Shown here piece by piece: positions 52,098-62,376 of a stretch of 62,376 bases of DNA; the first letter of the stretch is position 1, and each line of letters opens with the position of its first letter. The position numbers were made by a program, and so were the translations under genes. The DNA comes from Octopus bimaculoides. Lineage: Eukaryota. Location: assembly GCF_001194135.2 (NCBI RefSeq), contig NC_068982.1, positions 154,517,090-154,579,465 of the forward strand. Reading direction: 5' to 3'. Under the pieces are notes generated by a model. The model saw nothing but the letters and a program-made list of their open reading frames with translations. It had not been told where the DNA came from and searched no databases.

Positions 52098-52423
52098 GAC
52101 CCCGCCCTCTTCTGTCACGAATGACCATGGGATTGCATCTAGAAAGTTACCCTCCCAGGCGCAAGTCCGGGCAAGGTTGTTTATGAAAGACCAGCAGTCG
52201 CCCATGCATACAACCCTCCCCTGTCCACGCCACCAGTGTTATCCAAGGGAAAGGCAAAGGCTGATACAGCTTGGCGCCTGTGACGTCGCAACTCATTTCT
52301 ACAGCTGAGTGAACTGGAGCAACGTGAAATAGAGTGTCTTGCATAAGAACACAACACGCAGTTCGGTCCGGGATTCGAACTCACAACCTCACGGTCGTAA
52401 GCTCGACGCTCTAACCACTGACC
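52098..52423 (-). mobile_element. SINE family C: tRNA-Arg-derived CORE-type SINE (octopus OR2-like)
   Basis: Head GTCAGTGGTTAGAGCG..TTACGAC..GTTCGAATCCC with an ACG anticodon, then a MIR-CORE-like domain (reverse complement of CTCATTTCTACAGCTGAG). Family name from recall. Confidence 0.85.
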
Positions 52424-52855
52424 TTAAGAAAAGTATATTTTCATTGACATTTAGATTTCCAACCCTCCCGCTTTTTTTTTAGACTTAGCTTATATTTATG
52501 ATTTTTTGAAAGAAATTCAGATCATATTGAGAAAGACTTTCCCACACTTAAACTTTTTTCAGATTTAAAATCATAACAATACTTACTTGTTCAAAAACAT
52601 AGCCATGCACGGCTAAATCAAAAACATCTGGAATTTTAATCAAAAAAATTGACCACATCCATGTAACCATTCTCTCTCCCGTACATTAATGAATACAAAA
52701 CAAGACCTTGAAATGTAATTATAATTCTTACTGAAGAAAATAAAAAACAACATCTGGTTTCCAAATAAAAACTTTGACCACTTGAATACAAAAATTACTT
52801 TTTTTCCCCAACCAAAAGGTCACTAAGTGGGAAAAAAACAACATATTGAATCTTC

Positions 52856-53036
52856 ATCAAACAAGTTTGACCATGCTGATACAAAAGCCACACCTCCTTT
52901 ACCTCCCCGTGCCTCTCAAACTTTTGTCTTCTTTCGCAAAGCCCCAAAACACACTCCTACTTTCTTTTCTCTTCTCATCTTCACTATCTCCCGCTCGTTT
53001 CCCCTCTCTCACCTCTGCAACTTCTTTTTTAATTTG
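52856..53036 (+). repeat. Right arm of the inverted repeat pair, running into a gap
   Basis: Aligns with the reverse complement of 51542-51737. Confidence 0.85.
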
Positions 53037-53356
53037 TNNNNNNNNNNNNNNNNNNNNNNNNNNNNNNNNNNNNNNNNNNNNNNNNNNNNNNNNNNNNNNN
53101 NNNNNNNNNNNNNNNNNNNNNNNNNNNNNNNNNNNNNNNNNNNNNNNNNNNNNNNNNNNNNNNNNNNNNNNNNNNNNNNNNNNNNNNNNNNNNNNNNNNN
53201 NNNNNNNNNNNNNNNNNNNNNNNNNNNNNNNNNNNNNNNNNNNNNNNNNNNNNNNNNNNNNNNNNNNNNNNNNNNNNNNNNNNNNNNNNNNNNNNNNNNN
53301 NNNNNNNNNNNNNNNNNNNNNNNNNNNNNNNNNNNNNNNNNNNNNNNNNNNNNNNN

Positions 53357-53426
<70 letters not shown>

Positions 53427-53736
53427 AAGACGTGACGTTAAGACGGTCAGAAAATATACCGATTGAAACTGTCTCCTATTACTCCAAACCACATCGGTTG
53501 ACCAAGTTTGTTGATGGGGTCACAGGAAGTAATAGGGTTTATTTCAGAAGTGACAGTCCCACCTCCCTCAAAAGAAAATGATAATGATCTTTCACAACTT
53601 AAAAAACAAAATCAAGAAAATAGATTTAATAAGATAAACAGAGCAAAAGAACAAGGGCAGAAATGAATCAATAAACTTCATTTCATCTGCATCGTGTCCT
53701 ATAATTATGATTTATAACTGCTGCACACTTCCCTAC

Positions 53737-53796
<60 letters not shown>

Positions 53797-53798
53797 CA

Positions 53799-53837
<39 letters not shown>

Positions 53838-54345
53838 NNNNNNNNNNNNNNNNNNNNNNNNNNNNNNNNNNNNNNNNNNNNNNNNNNNNNNNNNNNNNNN
53901 NNNNNNNNNNNNNNNNNNNNNNNNNNNNNNNNNNNNNNNNNNNNNNNNNNNNNNNNNNNNNNNNNNNNNNNNNNNNNNNNNNNNNNNNNNNNNNNNNNNN
54001 NNNNNNNNNNNNNNNNNNNNNNNNNNNNNNNNNNNNNNNNNNNNNNNNNNNNNNNNNNNNNNNNNNNNNNNNNNNNNNNNNNNNNNNNNNNNNNNNNNNN
54101 NNNNNNNNNNNNNNNNNNNNNNNNNNNNNNNNNNNNNNNNNNNNNNNNNNNNNNNNNNNNNNNNNNNNNNNNNNNNNNNNNNNNNNNNNNNNNNNNNNNN
54201 NNNNNNNNNNNNNNNNNNNNNNNNNNNNNNNNNNNNNNNNNNNNNNNNNNNNNNNNNNNNNNNNNNNNNNNNNNNNNNNNNNNNNNNNNNNNNNNNNNNN
54301 NNNNNNNNNNNNNNNNNNNAACGCAAGTAATTTTAGTAAATATAT

Positions 54346-54466
54346 CCTTTTCTACTGTAGGTACAAGGCCAGAAATTTTGGGGGAGTGGGGGCCAGTCGA
54401 TTAGATCGAGTCCAGTACGCAACTGGTACTTAACTTATCGACCCCTGAGGGATGAAAGGCAAAGAC
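54346..54466 (-). mobile_element. SINE A 3' half fused to a mariner fragment
   Basis: Tail and body present; the sequence stops at AAAGGCAAAGAC. Confidence 0.88.
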
Positions 54467-55048
54467 AATAACCCAGCGGAAAGTGCAAAGAATATTAATG
54501 CAGTATATGGGGATCGGACAATAAGCGTAAGCCAGTGTCAACGGTGGTTCCAGAAATTCCAAGCCGGAAACTACAGCCTAGAAGACTAGCCTCATCCTGG
54601 AAGATCTGTAGAGCTTGACGAGGACGTCCTGCAAACCCTGGTGCAATAAAATCCCATCGTAACTCTTGAGGAACTAGCAGAGAAGCTGGGATTTGGTCAT
54701 TCAACAATTCATCGACACCTGCGCTAGAAGAAAAACGACCATCTTTGGTTTCAAGAAGAAAGGTGTTCTTCCATCAGGATTATGCTCAGCCACATACAGC
54801 AAGGATGATATTCCAAAGCCTGGAGAAGTTTGAATGGGAAACGATGCCCAATTCACCCACGATATTCGCCGGACATTACCCCATCTGGTTTTTGGAAGAG
54901 GGGTCCTGCAAGTCTACTAGATAGATGATAGAGCATTGTAGAAAATGAAGGAGAGTATATGTTAGATTAAAAAAGAACTTTGTTTATCATAATTTTGAAA
55001 AATAAAAGAAGTATTAAAAAACCGCATTATTTATGGGATGACCCAATA
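54467..55048 (+). mobile_element. 5'-truncated, internally deleted mariner
   Basis: AESAKNINAVYG..QRWFQKFQAG..LED*PHPGRS, HQDYAQPHTA and HPRYSPDITPS; 3' TIR CCGCATTATTTATGGGATGACCCAATA followed by TA. Confidence 0.92.
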
Positions 55049-58000
55049 TAAGTTCTAATTTCGTAAATCTAAATGGCTTGAAACAGAAGAGTTTTAAGAA
55101 ACAAAGGTCAAGTAAAATGTTAGTGTCGAGCAGATATGTGCATTGGTTTGGAATCAAACTGCAGTAAAATATACCTAAAAATCGACCGTTATTTTCTTAT
55201 TCCTGTTTAAATGTGAATATCATGAACGCGCATAATCGGATGAATAAATGAATGACTGAATAAACAAATATTCGAACGAATGATGAAATGAATCAATGAA
55301 TAAATTAATTAACGTGTTATTTACTTTTAGTTTAGTCAAGGCTATACTGAAACTCTGCCTTCATTGTTAAAATATATATCGATAGGTTTTCTTGTGAAAA
55401 TATAGTTTCATCTCAAATGCGATTTTCCTTTGTAGCAGTAGTAGTATAGTATTGGTGGTGGTGGTGATGGTGTTACGGGAGTGGTGGTGCTGCTGCTTGT
55501 CGTTCATGGCCACACATTAATATGGGTTAGAATGGGGGATCGATTTATGTACAAGTATTATATTTTATCAATAGCGGATGAAAAGTATAATAAACTCTTG
55601 TGGAATTCGAATACAGAACTTGAAGAGGCGCAACCAAATATAACACCACCAATTTTGACTATCTACCGTTTTGATAATAATTGTTTTTGCTCTGTCTTCA
55701 GTTTCGGAAACAACCTATGCTACCAAACGTGCTCCCTTTTTCAACCAATGGGATTTTACTTCACGTTTCTGCGACATTTGTCTCCGATTATTTTTTGTTG
55801 GGTAGAGATGGTACAAAGTATTTCTCAGTAGTCTTCATAAGGTATCTTGTTTCTTTCTTTTCTCCTGCATGAAGAATAGTTTCTGGCAGAGAGACCCCCC
55901 GACTTCTTGACGTAATGTTGTCAAGCTTTAAACCACTTCTCCCAAAATGCTTTATATCTATGATTCTATTTTTGAAGAGTATGGTTGCGAATGATGTGGT
56001 CGGGTTTGCATTCGCAACACTTTTGTTAGGTAAAAGAGAAGTTTGTTTACAAACGCTCTTCCTGCTATTTGCTGTCAAACATGCTGACCGTAACGCTGTT
56101 TCGGGAAGAAATGTCTTCTTTATTTTATATGTTTATTTTTTATTTTCTACAATTAGTTTGCAAACTTAATAACATTTGCTTCAGCTTTTCTTTTTCTCTG
56201 TTAAGGAGATATAGTTGTAAGAAGTGGGACGGGGTATTCATTGTCAATAATAACACTGTCACTGTACATTAACAGAGATTCATTGTATTTCCATGTCAAA
56301 TTGAACTTTTGTACTTTCCACCAGCTCATTGCGAGTGTATGCAATGTATAGTTTAGACATGGCTATGTAATGTATATTACTTTTATGCAGGATCTAATCT
56401 GTCATCTTGTAATGTGTTTTTTTTTAAGATATAGAAGAGGTTTAAGAAGCCAATTTGAGATCAAGGGATTAGTTGGTGCCCTGTGGTGTAACCAGTAACA
56501 TGGCTTCATTGCAAGCGATAGGCACATGGTTCAATGAAGTTCTTTTCTCTCTCCTTTGTTTCATATTGGTGCTTGAAATATCTAAAATTATTTTGAATCT
56601 TAACATTTAATTTATTCTTATTAGTTATATGTAAAATATATTACTCAAATATTTTTGTCATTACAGTTCGAACAAGCTATCATAGCCATTTAAGAACATA
56701 CTAAATCTATGCACTTTTCGTTTGTCTTGAGATGTTATATTTTTCTGCCGTGCCGCAATCTGGTCACTAAAACAGTTCCACTGCAACTCAGTAAAATAGT
56801 GTCAGTAACCAGATTGCAGGCGTGCGACGAAAATTTTAATAACTCAGCAAATAAAAAGTTAAATATAATAGATTTTTCTGTGTTCGTGAATAGCTAAGAC
56901 GGTTCTTTGACGATGTGATTATTGTGGTTTCAGCACAGTGCCTTAGATGGATTCACTTTGTAAATAAGTGTAACTATGAAATATATAACAGTAATTTCCT
57001 TTATGATTGACGAAAGGCAGAAGCTGCAGACTCCTGACGAATGCCTTGTAGAATATAATTATGCTTCCATTCTTTTACACTTTAAATTTAAGAAAAACTT
57101 CTGTCCTTTCGGGATGGTTTACTGGCCCAAATTTAATGATTTCTCATCATGTTAGAAATCCTTTATTGTAATAAAAAGGGATGTGAAATAAGTCGGACAG
57201 AAGTTTACTTTGACAATCTATCTAGCACCAATCAGTAAGATTTTCATGCACTTCTTGGAAATAAACAACCCCATTCTTTTACGCCTTTGTTGGTTCCACT
57301 CAAGCTATGGCTTACTGGTTGAAAATAGGCGTTGATTGTTTTTTCTTCTTTTTCTTTTTTTCTTTTCCAGCTTAGTCAAGAGGAGGAAAAGCAACGATCA
57401 TAACTTTCACAGGGAGCACGTCAGTGACTGGTGAAAGGAGAGGGAAAAGTTGTTCTCAGACCGGAGATATGATCTGAATACTTGCAGCACAGAGGATTGC
57501 TTTAAAGTCGGCCAACCCTAACCCTAATCCTAGATGATGGTTTAAAGCTGAGCGAAAGCTTAAGTCTACTACACCAAACCAGGAACGGTTATTTCGGAGG
57601 GTTTTCACACATTTTCTCAACCAATATCAATCACAACGACGATCCAAGTTTACTTGACCAAAGTATCATTAATACAGTGTAATAGTTATATAAATATTGA
57701 TAAAGAAAATCGCTATAACTGAAATGCTTTGTGTCTGATAAATAATTGAATCAGAGTGTCTTAATATCTTTTAAAGTTTTAGTTCAGATTAGCATTCCAA
57801 GCAATCGTGGCAACAAAGTTCGATTAGTTCAACCAATTATTTAATACTATATACAATGTGTCTTTTGGAACAATGAAATAATGTACTTCAATACTTCCCA
57901 TCTGTAGTTCTAATATTAGAGAGAAAGTTGTATGACTTTTTGTCATATTCATGCTGCAGTTCTAGTTAGAAATTGTTGTATACATTATTATATTAAAGAT

Positions 58001-58714
58001 ATTATGTTATATTAATAAACGAGAATATATAATGTCTTATACTGAGTAAAATAAAAAGCCAACTCAATCTAATTTAATGTGGTTAACAGCGCAGGTTTAT
58101 TTGCGTCTAAAGCTGCTATTGCATTCATTATTTATACAACCTTTTCTGAACAATTGTTTAGAATAACGAATTAGGCTGCATAAAAGTTTAGCTTTGTAAC
58201 GTATATGATGGTGTATTATCTCTGTCTTGTTCGCTTGCTATCAATATGAACGTATTAAATGGTGTATTTTTAGATCAAATTCTAGTTTTCGTTCTTTAAA
58301 ATTTCTATTTTCTCTGTACAATGGCAGATCAAATACTTTAAAGTTAGAAAGACTAGTGTAAAGGTTTAGTTCGAGTTTCTATGCTCTTGTCTTATTTTAT
58401 TATTAATGTGTTGATTGATACAATGTCGGAAAGAACTGACAAATGAATTATAAAGTTTCAGGTGTACACCTGCCTGTAACTTTACCACTCATAATAAACG
58501 GTTATGCTGCGTTTGGTCTTCTATTTATTTCAAAAGCTAAATCTGTAAAGAGGATATTATTATCATAATGAAAAAATATGAGTTAAGGGAAATAACACAC
58601 GTGGACAAATGGAAAGAATTTAAATAAGTGATCTCTCCCACCTTCCTCTCTCCCCTCTTTCTCTGTACAGATACACACACATACATACGTACATGCATGA
58701 ATGTTCGTAAATTT

Positions 58715-58747
<33 letters not shown>

Positions 58748-58962
58748 TGTGCGTGTACGTATGCGTGCGTGAGTGTTTGTATACGGTTGAGAGAAAAAAC
58801 GAAAGAAAGGTACAATATATTTACTACATATATTATTATCTAAAATAGTTTGATTCAGCATCATGCGACTTACAGTTTCGTAGGCTTCTTACAGAAGCTT
58901 AGCTCGTCAGGCTCAGTTAACTGAATGGGAACAGTGCAACAAGTCCAAGATGACTTCCGGAG

Positions 58963-59187
58963 ACTGGGCTATCATTGGTGAAGGCGAGTTACATAGTGTT
59001 TTTAAAAGTGAGATCAACATTCCAACGACACCAGATGCATTAAAAAGAATTTCTTGGACCGCGAAGCTGGACAAGAAGCTGATGGTGTCTTGTGGTCTGA
59101 CCGGAGAGCATGTATCTTATACCAGATGTATGAGTGCGTAGATGTATGCGTCTGATGTCTATACATGTGTATCTGTTATGCATGTGT
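58963..59187 (+). repeat. Left arm of a diverged inverted duplication
   Basis: ACTGGGCTA..AAGTGAGATC..TATACCAGATGTATGAGTG..TATGCATGTGT aligns with the reverse complement of 59692-59943. Confidence 0.85.
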
Positions 59188-59691
59188 GGGGTGCGCATGT
59201 GTGTAAGCTGGCGTGTGGGTGAGGGCTGATTGCCGCCGACAATCCAGATATATCACTTTAACATTGCACGCATACATATCGTTCCAGACACACGAACACA
59301 TTCATACGAACACATATAGAATGTATATACAGGAATTATATACCCACATTCACCAATTATCCATACCAGCATACTACCATACGTGTTTATAGTGATGAAG
59401 TACGCGTACACAAACGTATACATCAGACACTAACACACACGTATTCGCACGCGCGCGCGAACCTACCCACACAAATACAGGTTGTGATTCAGATGCAACT
59501 GATATACACAGCTGATGCATACACCCAAATGTTCGCACACGCAAGTACTCACACATGGCTGACGTACATGCACCGTAGCAAACGCGCAGATACGCTCCAA
59601 CGAGCTTATACCATCGGCTATCACCATGTCAAATTGAACATTTGTATTTTGCTCCAGCTCATTGCACCAGCTCATTGCCCCTCACACACAT

Positions 59692-59943
59692 ACACATGCA
59701 TACAAGATATACACGTATAGGCATCAGTCACCAACATCCACACACTCATACAACTGGTATACACACACCTTCACTCAGGAGTCTCTTCAAAGACCGGCTG
59801 GTCAGCAAGGCGCAATCAGCTGGACAAGAGTCTAGCGACGCAGAACAAAGAAATTCTCCTTTCCAACGCATCTTGTATCACTGCAACGTCGATCTCACTT
59901 CTAACAATACCATGTGACTCACCTTGATCAATTGTAGCCCAGT
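59692..59943 (-). repeat. Right arm of the diverged inverted duplication
   Basis: Aligns with 58963-59187. Confidence 0.85.
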
Positions 59944-59951
59944 TATCGGTA

Positions 59952-59996
59952 GTATTTCGTCCGGCGCGTTAATTATTCTGCTGCCTCGTCACCTTA
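59952..59996 (-). mobile_element. SINE A head fragment
   Basis: AAGGTGACGAGGCAGCAGAATAATTAACGCGCCGGACGAAATAC resembles the family A head and abuts the (AAT)n tract. Confidence 0.6.
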
Positions 59997-60035
59997 ATAA
60001 TGATGATGATAATAATAATAATAATAATAATGGTA

Positions 60036-60092
<57 letters not shown>

Positions 60093-60857
60093 TCAAAGCT
60101 TGCTCACAAAAAACAACCAGGCTAACGTTCTTCAAAACGGTTCTGACCCTAAATGCAGATTCTACGACACATTTGACGAAACAATTTACCATCTCGTCTC
60201 GGGATGTCCTGTGCTGACACCAAACGAATACAAAAATCGCTACGATAGGGTATGACAGTATTTACATTGGAAAATGTGTAAACACTACAAAATCAGCACT
60301 CCGGCTTACTGGTATGAACATCATCCTGAGTCAGTCACTATTTTCTGGTATTTTCCAGTTAACATTGACAGAACAACGATCCAGTCTAGTCGACCAGATA
60401 TAATTATTAAAGACTGTGAAGAAAATACTTGTAGACTAATAGATGTAAGTGTTCCCACTGATAAAAATATATCTGTCAAGGAATTTGATTAACTAAGTAA
60501 ATACAAGGACCTGGAAATTGAAATACAGAAGATGTGACATCTTAAAACGAGAACTGTTCCTATTATTGGAAGTGCCCTAGGCATGATAAAAAAGGGATGT
60601 CAGAAACATCTAGACAAGATCTCAGGAAAACCATGTCTCAGACATATCCAAAAGATTGTGCTGACAAGTACTGCCTTCATCTTTAGAAAAGCCCTATCCA
60701 TTTAAACGTCTGTGTTGTATTACATGAAGATATTTTGCTACTTCTCCTTCTCCAAGCTTTCAATCATACTGTAACTTCTCTTATCCTTTACTTGCCCCAG
60801 GACATTGGGTATGTCTCGGTAAGTGACTGTAACAAACATGCAGATTAAAAGTAAAAA
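60093..60857 (+). mobile_element. R4/Dong-clade LINE 3' fragment with zinc knuckle and restriction-like endonuclease
   Basis: DPKCRF..ETIYHLVSGCPVL, RPDIII..LIDVSVPTD..KEFD*LSKYKDL..IQKIVLTSTAFIFRKALSI*; stops present; (AAT)n on both flanks. Confidence 0.93.
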
Positions 60858-60874
60858 ATAATAATATTAATAAT

Positions 60875-61073
60875 CCTTTCTACTAAAAGTACAAGGCCTG
60901 AAATTTGGTGGGAGGGGGCCAGTCGATTAGATCGACCTCAGTATGCAACTGGTACTTAATTTATCGACCCTGAAAAGATGAATGGCAAAGTCGACCTTGG
61001 CGGAATTTGAACTCAGAACGTAAAAACAGACGAAATACTGCTAAGCATTACGATTCTGCCAGCTTGACTCCTT
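60875..61073 (-). mobile_element. SINE family A with a small internal deletion
   Basis: Tail through head present; flanked by AAT repeats. Confidence 0.92.
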
Positions 61074-61101
61074 AATAATAATAGCAACAACAACGACAAT
61101 G

Positions 61102-61171
<70 letters not shown>

Positions 61172-61749
61172 GCGTGTGAAGGTAGTTGATCAAGTGACTA
61201 GCGTACAGGCAATGTCGATTTAATGGAGAGAGTGAAGTAATGTACAGCGCAAACATAAGATCGCTAGAAAAAAATCATCTATGTATCATCAAGAAGATAC
61301 AGAACCCGAGTTTGTTGCCTACGGTAGGTGAGTTCCAACGGCATACTGTATTAAAACCAAACGAAACAGAGCATATTTAACAAGAGACCCCTCTCAACAC
61401 CACCTGAGGAGATGCATCTGCAACGAGTGATGCAGCACAACCAGTTGTAAAGTATCCCACCCGCGAGGAATCCATGCAAGGTGCGTCGAAACGATCATAG
61501 TGAGCAATAAAGCTTCTCGTATTCCATTTTCCGTCTATCATTTGTTACATGACCGCGCGCGCGCGTGTGTGTGTGTGTGCGTGTGTGTGTGGTGGACTCT
61601 GTCGTCGAAGATGATGTATGGGCGTTCAGCTTTTGTCGAACGACCTTCACAAATGTTTTGCTTCTAGTGATCAAATGTTCGTGCCGCACATTAGCTCGCT
61701 CTCTCCATCAAATCGACGTTCTCTGAACAGGTTTACTGTGTGACGCGTC

Positions 61750-61887
61750 AGGTGCCGAAGTGATCGCAGAATCACGAGAGATGAAGTGTTTTGCTCAAGA
61801 ACACAATGCACCCTCTGGTCTAGGAATTAAAATCACCATCTCTAGATCGTGAGTGCAACACCCTAGCCACTAAGCCATGCACCCTCA
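61750..61887 (-). mobile_element. SINE family C-related, degraded
   Basis: GAAGTGTTTTGCTCAAGAACACAA..GATCGTGAGTGCAACACCCTAGCCACTAAGCC. Confidence 0.75.
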
Positions 61888-62196
61888 CAACACACGTTTG
61901 TATGTATGCAAGTTTATACATACACATAGACATAGAAAGAGAGAATGACAAGCAGAAATTATCCTTTTATCTATTTTTCAAACGGATTATGTGTTAAGTA
62001 AATTTATTTCAACATTTAAAATATTAACGCACAGGATATGACAATGAAGTTGTTTGGTGTCATCTCATCACTTCGTTAAGCTACTGAAACGTAATTTATT
62101 ATTAATATACTTTTGTGATATAAAATAGACATCAGTCGTTGCGACATATCTTTCATTGAATCCAGACAAGGAAGAAACTACAAACGTAATTTTATG

Positions 62197-62262
<66 letters not shown>

Positions 62263-62376
62263 TATCACGACAGAACGTACGCGTTACCTTTATACAGTAA
62301 GTTTTTAACTATTTTTCTAACGCGACTCTCTCTACTTCTATCTCCCCCTCTCATTCTTCCCTCTACTGTTCTTCGC

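Noticed and set aside
52350-52423. tRNA-Arg(ACG)-like sequence, and similar heads at 47365 and 56478
   Set aside because: The stems do not close into a cloverleaf and the sequence continues into SINE body, so these are SINE heads.
57514-57532. Telomere-like CCCTAA repeats
   Set aside because: Only about three imperfect units.
59790-59940. RTE endonuclease-like IDVAVIQ..RWKG reading
   Set aside because: It needs a frameshift and is not preserved in the paralogous left arm.

Overview
A 62 kb eukaryotic window that is AT-rich, saturated with microsatellites and broken by 13 N-gaps. The SINE consensus sequences and repeat landscape look like an Octopus (coleoid cephalopod) short-read assembly; this is recognition from memory, not a database search. 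There is no complete, recognisable gene, rRNA, real tRNA or CRISPR array, and most ORFs in the track are microsatellite or N-gap artefacts. Supported content: (1) three tRNA-derived SINE families (A, B, and a tRNA-Arg/CORE-type family C) plus an old unclassified family D; (2) decayed Tc1/mariner transposases, a Tigger-like MITE, CR1/L2-type LINE pieces and two R4/Dong-type LINE 3' ends in (TAA)n tracts; (3) two copies of a Penelope-like repeat, each with a minimal type I hammerhead-ribozyme-like motif carrying a non-canonical U at core position 6, which is the best candidate for a functional novelty; (4) four closely spaced inverted-repeat pairs, candidate dsRNA/ADAR substrates if transcribed; (5) a polar array of SINEs apparently inserted serially at one target; (6) low-confidence minus-strand exon candidates, including a possible secreted protein downstream of an NF-kB/ETS-IRF/GATA motif cluster. 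All gene models are hypotheses from splice signals and phase only.
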